Below are positions 45,479-62,789 of a DNA stretch of 64,000 nt, one piece after another. A model generated the notes under the pieces. The model was not told the origin of the DNA. It did not search any database and saw only the letters and a list, made by a program, of their open reading frames with translations. Both the position numbers and the translations under genes were made by a program. This stretch comes from the human T2T-CHM13v2.0 reference genome, Homo sapiens. How positions within the stretch are numbered: the first letter of the stretch is position 1; every line of letters starts with the position of its first letter. The DNA is taken from NCBI RefSeq assembly GCF_009914755.1, contig NC_060930.1. One strand, 5' to 3'.

Positions 45479-46344
45479 GGAAGTGTGGTGTGTGAGATGT
45501 TACCATCATTGTGTCTGGAAGATAGAGGAGGTAGTAACACTTACCATGATAATTCAGGGATTGAGCACTCACTGGGTACAGAGCACAGTGATGAGTGCTG
45601 TGGACCATTCAGAGGGAAATTATAATAATGACATGTAGGCATCACTTTGTAGTTGCAAAGTTCACTTCATGGTCTCCTTTCACCTTCCCAAGAATCCTGA
45701 GGCATGTATTATTATTGGGTAGATAATACTTATGACATATTTCCAGAAGGCCCCTGAGCTTTAGGTCCCTACTCGTAACTGCCAACTGTAGGCACTTCAA
45801 ATGCAGATCCTCTAACTCTGAACTCCTCTGACCTGGGCACCTCCGCTCCCTAACTCTATTTTGATTGGCACCACCTTCCCTGAAGCAAAACATCTAAGAT
45901 ATCCTAGCTTCTCCCTTTCCCTCCAAACCTCCAACCATTTAATCTTTTCTCAAATCTTGCCTAATCTAAACTTCCCTTACATCTTCTTCAACCCGCTGTC
46001 ACTTTATTCCCAACTCCCCTCCCGGCCCTGACTACCACCCCTTCTAACTACTCATCAGTCCCTTGTTTCTCATGCTCTGTTAGATAGCTCCTGGCGCATA
46101 ATGAATGTTCCATCAATATTTACTCGTCATTCATGCTTCCATGCGTTTGCATATGGAGGCATAGGCGGTGGGATGCCTTTACTTATTTTTCTTCTTCTGA
46201 ATACCATACTCTCATCTTTGAGACTTAATTTGGTTCTTATCATAACTTTGGTAGCCTCTCTACTTCCCAGGGCTCAGTTGCATGTCTACCTTTCTTGAGC
46301 TGCCTGTCCCACATGCTCCCACCACATCCCTGCACACCTCTGTT

Positions 46345-46956
<612 letters not shown>

Positions 46957-47024
46957 AGATTTAATGGTTTTTAACTGTATCTTTACAAAGAGGCACAATC
47001 CTTTTTCATTTGTTTGTTTTTAAA

Positions 47025-47785
47025 CCTTTTTTGAGTTATAATTTTATATGCCATAAAATTGACCCAATTTAAATGTCCTAACCTACTTTCTGTCTCTATA
47101 GATTAGCCTTTCCTGGATATTTCTTATAAATGGAATCATACAATACACAGTCTTCTTGTCTGACTTTCATTTAGTGTAATGCTTTTGAAGTTCACTTGTT
47201 TTGTTTTGTAGCATGTATCAGTATTTCACTCTTTTTTATGGCTGAATAATACTCCATTATAATACATATGCCATATTTTGCTTAGGCATTCACAGGTTAA
47301 TGGACATTTGGATTGTTTCCATTTTTTGGCTATTATGAACAGTGCTGCTATGACATTTGTGCACAAGTCTGTGTGTGAACATATATTTTTATTTCTCTTG
47401 AGTAAAATAGAGTGGAATGACTGGTTCATATGGCAAATATGTGCTTAACTTCTGAAGAAACTTCCAAACAGTTTAAACCAACTGTCCCATTTTCCATATT
47501 CACCAGCAATGTCTGAGGGTTCCAATTCCTTCATATTCTCACCAGCACTTTTTATTATCTGTCTTTTAGGTTATAACCATACTAGTGTGTGTGAAGTGGT
47601 ATCTGATTGGAGTCTTGATTTGCATTTTCCTAATGATTACTGATGTTGAGCCCTTTCACATGTGCTCTTGGCCATTTGCCTGTCTTCTCTGGGAAGATGT
47701 CTATTTAGATATTTTGCTGACTATTAAACTGGCATATTTGCCTTCTTATTGAGTGTAAAAGTTTTTTTATATATTCTGGATACAA
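47025..47785 (-). mobile_element. L1MB/MC-like 3' fragment
   Basis: ctactttctgtctctatagat...ggacatttggattgtttcca...caccagcaatgtctgagggttcc. Confidence 0.8.
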
Positions 47786-48676
47786 GGGGAGTAACACATT
47801 TACTTGATGGAGGGAGAATGGTTCACGACCCTCCTGCCCAGTCTGTAGTGGCCTGGCCAGCAGGTTCTCCATGGCTCTTCTTTTCTCAGTGCCAGCGTGT
47901 GGCCCTTAGGGGACTCCTAGAAGCAGTTCTTTGAACTCTACCTCCTCCATGGTGTAAACAAGCGCAAAGGGGCAACGTGGGGACACAGAAATAGAAAGAG
48001 CTTCCTCAACTGCATAGGTGCTTAGAAAGGGCTATAGAGGGGCCTGGGGAATGAGCTCCTCTTCAGTGAAGGGTTTCTATCTCGTGTTTAGCTAAGCGAG
48101 CTTCCACTCCATGACAGGGGAGTAGTATATGGTTTATCCTGGCCCTGGTCAGCATTCAGAGTCCTTTATTTTATGGCTCTGCCTTACTCAGCCCCATCAC
48201 CCCAAGTCAGTGCACAGAGCCAGGATTCGAGATGTACTTAGCCTTCCCCATGGCCTCAGTTCTCACTGGGCTCCCTCCTGCCTCAGTAGCCCAGTTCCCT
48301 GTGGCCCAGTGCCATGGACAGCTGGCCAGCCCCCAGTGGCTGAACTGTCTACTCCTCAAGGAGATTGTGCCTTGAGGACGCAGTCTGTGTCTCATCCACC
48401 TGTGTAGCCCCAAGCCAGTACCGAATGTAGCTCAAAACACCTTTGCAGACAATTTTCTTAAGCCACTGAATGAGGAAGAAGGAATGAGTTCGTATATTGG
48501 AAATAGGAAAACTGAGACTCAGACAGATTAAGTAGTCTGTCTACTAGAAGACTCAAGACCTCCAGAATCACGTGGGTTGTCAGTGAAGGGGCTGGATCTC
48601 AAATTAAGATTCTCTAATCCCCAGAGTTCTTTTTCCACTACATTAAGTTATGAGTCCTAGCCTTTTATCTTCAGAC

Positions 48677-48971
48677 ATTTCAACTTAGAGGACAAATGCT
48701 TAAACTACGAGGCAGATCAGAGATGGTTCTGAGGGGTGATACCTCCAGAGTGGAGGGGGCAAATGGGATGGTGAGGTAATTGTACATGTGGTTTAGATGG
48801 AAATGTCAGGGAGTAAGTATTTCTTATTTCAACTTAGAGGAGGAATATTTATATATAAGGCAAATTAGGGATGGTTCTGAGGGGTGAAACCACCACAGTG
48901 GAGGGGGCAAATGGGATGGCGAGGAAATTGTATATGTGGTTTCGATAGTCGATGGAGATGTCAGGGAGTAA
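48677..48971. repeat. Diverged tandem duplication, 2 x ~149 bp
   Basis: Units start ATTTCAACTTAGAGGA at 48677 and 48826 and share GATGGTTCTGAGGGGTGA, AGTGGAGGGGGCAAATGGGATGG and ATGTCAGGGAGTAA. Confidence 0.9.
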
Positions 48972-49847
48972 AGACCTCTCCAGAGATTACTCTGATTTGT
49001 GAGACACTGCAAGATCTCTTGGAGGAGCTGGGATTTGAGGATTGAAAATTAACAGTGCTAGGAAGAACCTTAGAGGCAGCAGAATCATGGCATAGGAGAG
49101 GGATAGGGTAGGACACGTTTGGGACTTGGGGAGTTGTCCCTGTGGCATGTGGGTATCTCAGGAGCATGGGGAATTGTAGCTAGAGAGCTGGGGTGAGATC
49201 TTTCTGAAGGTCAAGCTGAAGCATTTTTCTCCTGCAGTGAGACCTGATTAGAGGCCCTAGAGGAGTCAGTTGGCTAACCAGGATCTCATACATGTTTTCT
49301 CCAGTTTCATGAAACATTGAGAGTGTTCTTTTTCTTATATAACTTTCTGGTCTCAGCTATTCTGATTACACCATCTCAAAAATCAGAGACTCTTGAAACA
49401 TCTTTGCAATAAAAAGAAAATGGTGCTTTTTGTTTGCTGTTTGGCGAGAAGCTGGCTCCAGAAATGCTCTATAGGAGAGTAAGCAAAAGATACGAAGGCG
49501 GGCACCTTGGCAACGTGAATGTATCTCTTAGTTAAACAGCTTCCTGGCTTGACTGAGCAGGGTTTGCTTTCAGCCCCCTCACACTACAGTAGGGCAGGAA
49601 ATGTTTTTTAATCAGCCTTAGTTTTCTAGATATGAGCATTGTGCCTAGTAGACAGTGGGAACTGACTGATTGAGTGAATGAAACAAACATATTCAATGAG
49701 CCAGTTAAAAAATGAATGAATGAATACTGTGATGGTTTGTTTCTCCTATACATACCATTACCCAATTAGTAATAGTGAATCACAGGGTTACTTCTCCCAG
49801 TGCTTGGTAGTTTCCTGGGAAATAAAAGAAAGTCACTGATACGGTTA

Positions 49848-50204
<357 letters not shown>

Positions 50205-50360
50205 TTACCAAATATTTTAAATTTTGATGGACTTACAGAGAAATTAGTCCATTGTAACTTTATTTGTTGCAGAGAGTTCACATATAAACCAGTTGCCCAG
50301 CCTCACTATGAGAAAAGGTTTGAAAGTCTCCAGTTTCCTGTCACTTCAAGTCTATTTCCT

Positions 50361-51159
50361 TTTTTTTTTCTTTATTTCTTCTTAAAAAAAACACTTTAAA
50401 AAATGGGATACATGTGCAGAACATGCAGGTTCGTTACATAGGTATACTTGTGTCATGGTAGTTTGCTGCACCTATTGACCCGTCCTCCAAGTTCCTCCCC
50501 TCAGTCCCCATCCCCCAATAGGCCCTGGTGTGTGTTGTTTCTCTCTTTGTGTCCATGTATTCTCAATGTTCAGCCCCTACCTATGAGTGAGAACATGGGG
50601 TATTTGGTTTTCTGTTCCTGTGTTAGTTTGCTGAGGATGATGGCTTCTAGTTTCTTCCATGTCCCTGCAAAGGACATGATCTCATTCCTTTTTACGGCTG
50701 CATAGTATTCCATGGTGTATATGTACCACATTTTCTTTATCCAGTCTATCATTGATGGGCATTTGGGTTGGTTCCATGTCTTTGTTATTGTAAATAGTGC
50801 TGCAATAAACATATGTATGCATGTGTCTTTATAGCAGAATGATTTATAATCCTTTGGGTCTATACCCAGTAATGGGATTGCTGGGTCAAATGGTATTTCT
50901 GGTTCTAGATCCTTGAGGAATCGCCATACTGTCTTCCGCAGTGGTTGAACTAATTTACCTTCCCACCAACAGCGTAAAAGTGTTCCTGTTTCTCCACAGC
51001 CTCACCAGCATCTATTGTTTCCTGACTTTTTAATAATCACCATTCTGACTAGCATGAGATGGTATCTCATTGTGGTTTTGATTAGCTTTTCTCTGATGAT
51101 CAGTGATGTTGAGCTTTTTTCTTATGTTTCTTGGCCACGTAAATGTCTTCTTTTGAGAA
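50361..51159 (-). mobile_element. 5'-truncated L1PA (L1PA8-like) 3' end
   Basis: gggatacatgtgcagaacatgcagg...; perfect 13-bp TSD AAGTCTATTTCCT at 50348-50360 and 51160-51172. Confidence 0.88.
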
Positions 51160-52907
51160 AAGTCTATTTCCTATTTAATCTTAGATTCATGATCTTCAGA
51201 AGCCCTTGGATCTGGGTCTCTCTTGCAGAATTGGAAGAGAAACACTCACTACCATTATTTCTGTATTTTTGGCCTAGTGAGGAGAACTTTCAGCTAGCAA
51301 TCAGGAAACCTGAAAGACCCACCTCTTTTATTAACATGAAAATGTTATCCAAGTAGCATTATCTCTTACTTGTTTTGTGAACTTGTTGTGAGGAATTTAC
51401 AAAACCCTTTAGACAATGTGGAGTTTTAACACAATTTGAAATCCTGAAGAAAAAGGAGCCATGGAAGAGACCCAAAGGCTTACATTAGAGGGAGCAAGTG
51501 TGCTCTTTCAAGTCATGGGAGGGAGCCACTGTGGTTCCAAGTAGGAAAAACTAATCTAGCATCTTCTTTTAAATGAAAATTTCTCCTATGAAAATCTGGC
51601 TTTCAGCCTGATCTGGAATGGTGCCAGTGAGTGGGCAGGCAAAGAAAAGACAGTGAGTGGTAGCTAATTAATTAGTCAATCAAAAAGTATTTATAGTTCT
51701 CTAGGTATAGGGCACCATGCTGGACTCAGTGGGAGATGCAAAGAAGAGTAAGACCCAACCTCAGCCCCTGAAAAGCTTGCAGCCGGTCTCCTTGGGAGGC
51801 GAGGTGTACAGGTGCTGACAGGAAAGAAAGCACAAGGCAGGTTTTTAATTGGGCCGTATGTCTCACAGATGCAAAATAGGTAATCCAGGCACATAGGTTG
51901 TTATTCTAGGCTTATCACCATTGACATTGCGCCATGGAGTGTCAACATTCAGAGCATCTGTGAAAGCTGCTTTTATAACTGGTTAGAGTGAGCTAGTTAA
52001 GGGCTTAACAGACCCTTCACCAATGAGCACAAGATGGGTTGGGTGAAGAAAATATGAGGGATGAAGGAGTGCTGCTAGTTTCCAAAAATGACCCCAAAGA
52101 GATTGGGCCTTCATCCTTTGCTGTTTAGAAGCAAAAGAGTCATTGTAAAAATGTTCAGAGGGAAAATATGTGTAAATATGTTCAGAGGGAAAAATAACGA
52201 ATTACATACCACAATTTTCATTTTATGGTAACCGCACATACACGTAGACTTGAGAAAACTCTTTTAAACATGTTGGAGGAATAAGTACATGGGCAGAGGA
52301 AAATGAAATGTTGGGGACAAAAATAAGGCTATACTGACCTGAAGTTTTCTGTTAGTCATTTCCATTGACCAGATCTTCTAGATGACTGCTTGACATTTCA
52401 AATATAACTATTCCCACTGACAGCAAAATGAGATGGGATGACTTAATAGCTGCAGCGAACGTTCATTATGACCATGTTCCAGACTTTCTCTACCTTTATA
52501 CTTAATGGCAACCCTGTGTATAGTATACCTCCTGGCTCAGATGCAAATAGTCATAACTGTGTTAACACTGGATATCGATCACAGAAAAACTGTGATATAA
52601 CACTATTGGGAGGACAAGACAAAAGGCAATACGCATGCAGGTGGTAGTGAGGACTGGGCAAGCAAAAAGTAAACCCGTGTATTTTTGGTGGCAACTCAGT
52701 AGATAATGCCCCAAACTGAAGAAAACCAAATAATACACAGAGATAGAGTCATGTTATTTAGACATAAGGGGGAAGGGAGGGTGTGATTATCAAAGAAACA
52801 GTTAAAATTATTGAAAATGGTTAGCACTTATGACACAGAATGGAAGAGGGTAGAACTATTGATTCTTTAAATTATGTGCATGTCTAGCTTTGATAAAAAT
52901 AAAAATT

Positions 52908-53809
<902 letters not shown>

Positions 53810-55741
53810 TAGGATGACTAGAGAAGATCTGGGGGGACAAGTTTGAGCTGTGTCATCTAACCCAGTCTCTTCATTCTCCAGCTGTGAATCTGGCTTCTCT
53901 TTGTTCTTCACTGGGTTCTTAGAATATCTTCTTTCCTGCCATCTTGCTGTATCCCCCTATTCTGCTGGCCTCCTGAAGCAAATTCCTTGGTCTATCCCCC
54001 TGGCTCTGACTCATTCCTTACCCTGACCTTGCTGTCTGTATTTGCTTTGACTACCCTATGAGTTTCCTCAACCTAATTCTTAATTCCTGGCTGCCACCTC
54101 CTTGTCAAAACTTGGCTAAATCCACTTTGGAATGCTAAGGCGGATGGGACTGCCTGGGAAGAATTTGGAGAATCTGCAGCTCTGCTCTTTCCTCATTCTT
54201 GAGAGCCAGGCTAGTGGCTGAGGGTATATCGGGAGACAGACAGGGAGAGAGACAGAGAGAGTTTGGAGAGAAGGCGGCATGATCATCCGATCATCTTGGG
54301 CCCCATCAGTCTCCTTGGGAATGCTAACATGTCTCCTGGTATAGTCTTTCTTTTATTTATTCTTCAGTTTATCTTAGAAACTGTTCTGAAAGTTTTAAAC
54401 CCAGAGACATCTCTCCAACTTCCTTGCATGAGCTGTATTTTGACCGCCTTAGGGGCTGTGGCAGGATTTCAGTCTTGCTTGTGGTGATTTTACATGGAGT
54501 GACATCTGAGTCGCTTTTCGACTGCATTCCACACCAATCTGTCCAGCCCTGCAGTTTGTGGGCTGACTCCTGTTGTCTTTCAACATACGGAGCACTATGA
54601 GATAGTGCGAGTTTGGGTCTTGTCAGGGAGTCTGATTAAGCCACAGTCAGAGACGGCAGTCCTAAGTGTGAAATGTAACAGGCCTTCTCAAGACAGCTTC
54701 ATCTGTGAGCTGCTGGAGGTGGCTGGTGCCATTCTGTTGGGAATAGAGGCTTGCTAACAAAGCAAACATTTTTTTTTTCTATCGCAGGCTAGGTCTATGG
54801 TGGTAACATTTGGCAAGTTGAGTAACAGGGAACATAGATAACTGTGAACAGATGGGCAACTATTAAAAGATTTGAGGGGCTTTCATCATTTCTCAAATGG
54901 CCTTCACCCACCTACAGGATACCCAGCTCCCTTGCAAGAGGATTACGTAAAGGATTCAATTACATTTCTCTTTCCTTTTTTTTTCCTTCAATTGCGATGG
55001 AAGCACAAGCTCTGACGTGAAGAGGAAAAGAATAGATGAGAAATTTCTAATTTTGAATCCCCTTAGGATTAGATGCTGATTTCAGCTGTGCAGAGAACAC
55101 TGCCCCATATTTTGCAAGAGTAACTGCTGCCAGTTTCAGGAGAGATGACTTTCCAAAATAGACAGTAAACTCCGCCCTCCATAGCTGATGACCATCTGAC
55201 ATTCAGACAGAATTACAGAGCTATACAAGTTTTGATAAGTATAACCTTGCTTTTGAAAAATGGCAGTGGCACGTCATCACTGTGTTTAAGCTCAAAACTG
55301 ACGGACTACAAAACACATAAGAGAAATAAATGTATTGCCTGGTCCCCAGCAGAAACATAAAATATTTATCCATCTGAGAGCAATTAAATTTATTTACCCC
55401 TGCTTTAGGACAGCAGTGTCTCTGATTCAGAAGCATGCTGTTCCTCTTTTGCTCAGAGTGATGCTTGGAAGGTTCTTAAGAGGGAGAAGAATTCCAGGCA
55501 CTGATTAAGAGGAGGCTTGTTGTCGTCTCTTAAGGAGCAGCAGCCTGATTTTGCCAAAAGCAACCATAAGTTGATATGGCCGGGGTTAAGGTGGCTATAA
55601 GCTAGATCTCAGGAACCTGAACAAATTAGATTGGGTTTCATTCCTCAGAGGTTGCCTTAAAGACATATAAATTCTAGGGCCAATAATCTTAATATAAGTT
55701 TATAATTTTAGTCGGTACTTACCCTATGCACACTCATTTAA

Positions 55742-56268
<527 letters not shown>

Positions 56269-57017
56269 ACCCTGCCCCATTTTTATCCCCAGTCCTCTAA
56301 TCAGCTTTAATCCCTATTTATCCCAGCCAAGAGTACTGGGTAACTGAAGATCCCTGTCTCTACAAACCACCCCACCTAAGACTAAATTTTGCTTAAACAT
56401 AACCAGAAGCCTTACAAAAGGAAAATAACCATTTGTCATATTTTAAATTAAAACCCTACATTCAGAATAATTATAATTTAAAATAATTCAGCAACAGAAA
56501 CACCAAAACAAACCAATCAGTAATAAGTGGAAAACAATTAGCTCTTAGAGGTGATGGCCTCTTTGCCTGCTAAATGATGCTCAGAGTCATAAACTCAGTT
56601 CTCCTGGGCAGGGTTGTTTGGTTTTATGTAATTGAGTAAACAAGGATTATCGGTAGGTTTAGTCTCCCCTGGAGAATTATACTTTAACAGAAGGAATTAT
56701 TGGAAATAGTGAAAATACGCTCCCACCATTAGCAGAAGAAGAGCTGGCAATATTAATTTTTCCATATATGTTTTGTGGGCTTTTAAAAAGTTAAGTGCTG
56801 TACATAGATTGTGTCATATAACAAGGAAGCATCCACACAGGCACTTGGAAGCAGTATAAAGGGAGTGAATATTTGTGTATTACCTATTGGGCTTGTAATA
56901 ATCACTAATGGAATAGAAAATAAGCTCAATATAATGCCAATTTTTTTTTGTTCCAAGTTTTAGGTTCTTTTGAATTTCACGTATTTTTCTGATATTTAGA
57001 AATACTCTGTAGGTAAA

Positions 57018-57541
57018 TAAAAGACGCATGCACACACATTTATAGCAGCACAATTCGCAATAGCAAAGATACGGAACCAACGTTAAGTCTCCATCAACCA
57101 ATGAATGGATAAAGAAAATGTGGTATATATGCACTATGAAATACTAATCAGTCAAAGAAAGGAACAAAATAATGTCATTTACACTAACTTGGATGGAGCT
57201 GGAGGCCATGTTATTCTAAGTGAAGTAGCTCAGGAATGGAAAACCAAATATCATATGTTCCTCACTTATAAGTGGGAGCTAAGCTATGAGGACGCAAAGG
57301 CATAAGAATGATATAACGGACTTTGGGGACTTGGGGAAAGGTGGGAGGGGGATGAGGGACAAAAGACTACACATTGGGTACAGTGTACACTGCTCAGATG
57401 ATGGGTGTATCCAAACCTCAGAAATCACCACTAAAGAACTTATCCATGTAACCAAAAACCACTTGTACCCACCCCCAAAACTACTGAGATTAAAAAGCAA
57501 CAATAATACATACAATTTCATGGTTAAAAAATAAAAATAAA
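57018..57541 (+). mobile_element. L1PB-like 3' end ending ~110 bp before CAP2 exon 2
   Basis: tttatagcagcacaattcgcaatagcaaag...ctaagctatgaggacgcaaaggcataagaatgata...cagaaatcaccactaaagaactt; A-rich tail. Confidence 0.87.
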
Positions 57542-57654
57542 GCCATCCCCAGTGATTGTGTCTTCCTCCTCGCTGTTGTTGAGACTGATGGTGTTGGTTT
57601 ACTCATCCTCCCTGATGCTCACGCAGCCTCCATTTGTGCCTGTGCTTTTCTAGA

Positions 57655-57775
57655 ATGGCCAACATGCAGGGACTGGTGGAAAGACTGGAACGAGCTGTCA
57701 GCCGCCTGGAGTCGCTGTCTGCAGAGTCCCACAGGCCCCCTGGGAACTGCGGGGAAGTCAATGGTGTCATTGCAG
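57655..57775 (+). CDS. CAP2: CAP2 first coding exon (exon 2; exon starts 57654), codons 1-40 plus 1 nt
   Basis: ttttctAG|A ATG GCC...; translates MANMQGLVERLERAVSRLESLSAESHRPPGNCGEVNGVIA(G), the CAP2 N-terminus with the CAP-family RLE repeats; donor CAG|GTAGG at 57776; strong Kozak context (A at -3, G at +4). Confidence 0.97.
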
Positions 57776-57994
57776 GTAGGGTCACAAACTGTTGTCATTC
57801 CTGGTCTTCTTGTGGGTTACTTCATTTTGTTTCCATAATTTCACTCTCAAGGAACATTTCTATTATCCTTCAGCTTCCCTACTCCTTCCATCGTATGTGA
57901 CCATAACATTAACCAGAGGCAAGCAATCCCTGAAAAAGAGAAAGGAAGAAAACCTTTCAACCCACAATCCACAACAATTATCAGTATCTGTGCC

Positions 57995-58747
<753 letters not shown>

Positions 58748-58951
58748 AACCAAATATGCTTTTAAAACTATATCCTAATACCATACTGTAAAACATTTTT
58801 TAATTATATCATCAAAAATAAAAAGTTGGCTACTTCCCAAAAAGGGTACCACATATGGCAAGCTCTCCAAGTTATCTACAATAATTTTTCCAATTCCTTC
58901 TTGACTAAGGGACAAATAAAAATTACAAATAATTTACTTAATAATTTTTTT

Positions 58952-59141
58952 AACAAATAAAAATAAAGGACAACCAATTAAATTTGAATTTCAGATAAAG
59001 AACACTTTTTTGGGGGGTATAAGGATGTCCCAAATACTGCATGGGCTATACTGCGTGTTATGCACCTACAGCAAACATTTATTCATTGCTTCTCTGAAAT
59101 TCAAATTGAACCAGGCAATCTGCATTTAATATGGCAACTCT
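58952..59141. mobile_element. MER53-like palindromic hAT MITE
   Basis: attaaatttgaatttcagataa...gtcccaaatactgcatggg...tctgaaattcaaattgaac...tggcaactct. Confidence 0.7.
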
Positions 59142-60217
59142 GTTCTTGTCACATGGGCACTTCCTCCTTATCTGACCCATACTGAATCCTGTCAGGTTTT
59201 TTTGGGCTGAGAAAAGCCGTGGGGAAGAAGGGACTTCAGAAAAAGCTTTCACCAGGAAAGACCTACATTGGTGCTTCTAGAATTTCAGGCGAATTTGGAC
59301 CCGTGCCTGTATTACATACCATGGGACAAAAATTACTGTGTGAGCACAAATGTGCTGGCTGGTTTATTTCCCCCCTGAACATAATGAAAATTAAAATGCT
59401 TTGAATGAATTGAAAGGGGGTGTTGTTTTAAGGAAGGCTGCCAGGAGCCTGTAAGTTTTTTTCCGCACCAACTGAGACACATCTATGATTTCATTTTAAG
59501 CCTCTTTTTGTTAACTGTATACAATTGGTATATGATTCAATAAACCTTATTTGTAAGAAAATATTTTCACCCTCTCTTCAGTAACTTTGTTTCATTATAC
59601 TGTTGGCATCAGATGATTAAAGACATTTCTGTAAACTACTGACCACAAATGTGAAGCCTGTGAATACACAAAACAAAGTTAAAATCTAACTACCGGGAGA
59701 CTATATAGTATTATTGAGTAAAGAAAAAAAAAATCTCAATAATTTGAACCTCACTTACTCAAAGAGGTACTAGATTGAACTTGGTACATTGTAAAAAAAA
59801 GATTTTTTCTAGGAAAATTAATAGGCTAAGTAGAATTAGAGGGTATGTAATTAAATTATTTAAATTATTTAAGTGTTTAAACAAATATTTTCTCATATAA
59901 CAAATCGTTCCAAACCAGTTTATTAAAGCAAAGCTCTTCTAAAACAACTTAGCCCGTAATTTACTATCCTACTTGAAATGAAGTAGGATAATTAGTAAAT
60001 TGTCTGAATGATATCCATCCTTAAAACATTTTACTAATCCTAAACAACACCATTTCCATTTCTTCTTAATTAGTAAGTTTTGACAATTTTATAAATTCTA
60101 TTTTTAACAAATCCGCCGAACAACCTTTTACCTTACATGTAAACATCATTACGACAATGTTATAACAAAAGTTATTTTTTTTTTAATTTTAAAAGAAACT
60201 TGAAAATGTTTAAAATC

Positions 60218-60536
<319 letters not shown>

Positions 60537-61895
60537 TTACAAATGCATAATAGGCATAGATCAAAGGACCACTCTATTATGATACTGGTATTATGATGTG
60601 CTTTAGAAGGTGAGTGTTTTTTTCCTCTGGTGATAATCACTTAAGTTGCGCTCAACAGTTGAAGTATTTTTGCGTTTTTATAATGCGACAAACACTGTGC
60701 TAGGTGCAAGAAAATTGAAGATGAATTATACACAGTCCTAATGCTCCAGAATCTTTGGTCTCAATGCATTACTATTCATGGCCCCAAATTCTTTGATTAA
60801 GGGATGCTCAAAGGATGCAGTTTGGAGAGAAAGACAGGTCTGCCCGCAGGAGGTGTGAACAGAGTTGAACGATGAAAGGAAATTGGAAAATATTCCCTTT
60901 TATCATTGTACCTTCTGCTATGTAGAGGACTCTGTCACTTTTCTGAAACTTTCTCCCACTTTAAATACTCAGCAGAGATCCCCGCTCGGGCCTCTTCCAT
61001 AGCAACAAACAGGTTTATCTGTCTCCAAACGGATCCATAAGGAGCCTTTGGGCTTGTGTCCTTTTTATGTTCCAGAAGTTGTTATATACTGTGCTGTGAA
61101 CTTTAAGATAACTCAGCTTCAACGTCTAGCTTCAACATCCTGCTCGGAAGTTAGAACATACCTGCAGAGAGTGTAAATAACTTGTTTCCATCACCCTTTG
61201 GGCCTGTGGAAATGGGTAATTGGGAAAAAGAGAAAAAGAAAGACACTCTCCTAATAGTTTTGTGAGCATAGAGAAAAGGAATCCTAGATTTTGGTTAGAG
61301 TTTTCATAGTTTCTCAGTATTGTATTTCTCAATATTAGGGACATGAAATCAGGGACTTAGATTTTTTTTCTGTTAATTAAAAGGCAGGGAAGGAAATGCA
61401 GAGCACACCTGTTGGGCAGTTGCCACTTGAGCTTTGCCAGTAATTTGGCAGCTCTGAACCCAACAGGTATGGGCTCAGCAGTCAATTTCATTCCCACTAT
61501 GGTTGTCCCCCCACCCCCTGGGGAGTGAAGAAGGAAGAAAATGAGTGAAATCAGCTTTCTTTTCCTCCTTGCCCAGAGTTCATTATTACCTTCTGATTGT
61601 CCTGGGTAATCTTGGTAACTGTTTGTAAGGTCATTATAGCACCTGAGCAGGTGGCTATGGAAGAAGGGCCACTGGCTTTGGATGACTCGGCTGGGTTCAG
61701 GTTTTGGATCTGCCTTTTGTTTGGTCTGTAACTCTGGCCCTGTCAGGTGCTGTGTTTGCAGCCATTTCCTCATCTGTGATGGTGCTACCTACCTCCCTGG
61801 GTCCGGAGGGAATGAAATGAAATTATGTAGCGTCTTTACTCAGGAGGATGAAAAATAGGAAAACAGTGTTTTCCTGAGCTGTTGAGAAATGTTTA

Positions 61896-62633
<738 letters not shown>

Positions 62634-62688
62634 AGTCCCAGGTTTTCATTCAACGGCCAGGGAATAACAAACTGCTCCTTTCCCCAAG

Positions 62689-62789
62689 GTGTGGCACCCT
62701 CCGTGGAAGCCTTTGACAAGCTGATGGACAGTATGGTGGCCGAGTTTTTAAAGAACAGTAGGATCCTTGCTGGGGACGTGGAGACCCAT
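62689..62789 (+). CDS. CAP2: CAP2 coding exon 3 (101 nt, phase 1 to phase 0)
   Basis: ctcctttccccaAG| acceptor and CAT|GTAAGT donor; in frame with exon 2 it gives (G)VAPSVEAFDKLMDSMVAEFLKNSRILAGDVETH, the start of the CAP helical folded domain; 121+101=222 nt = 74 codons. Confidence 0.97.

Noticed and set aside
52150-52197. Short direct repeat ATGTTCAGAGGGAAAA x2 (similar small repeat at 38350-38412)
   Set aside because: Ordinary slippage-scale duplication with no further structure
57634-57900. 88-aa ORF as a single-exon protein
   Set aside because: Only 57655-57775 is coding; the flanks are intron read-through across the acceptor and donor
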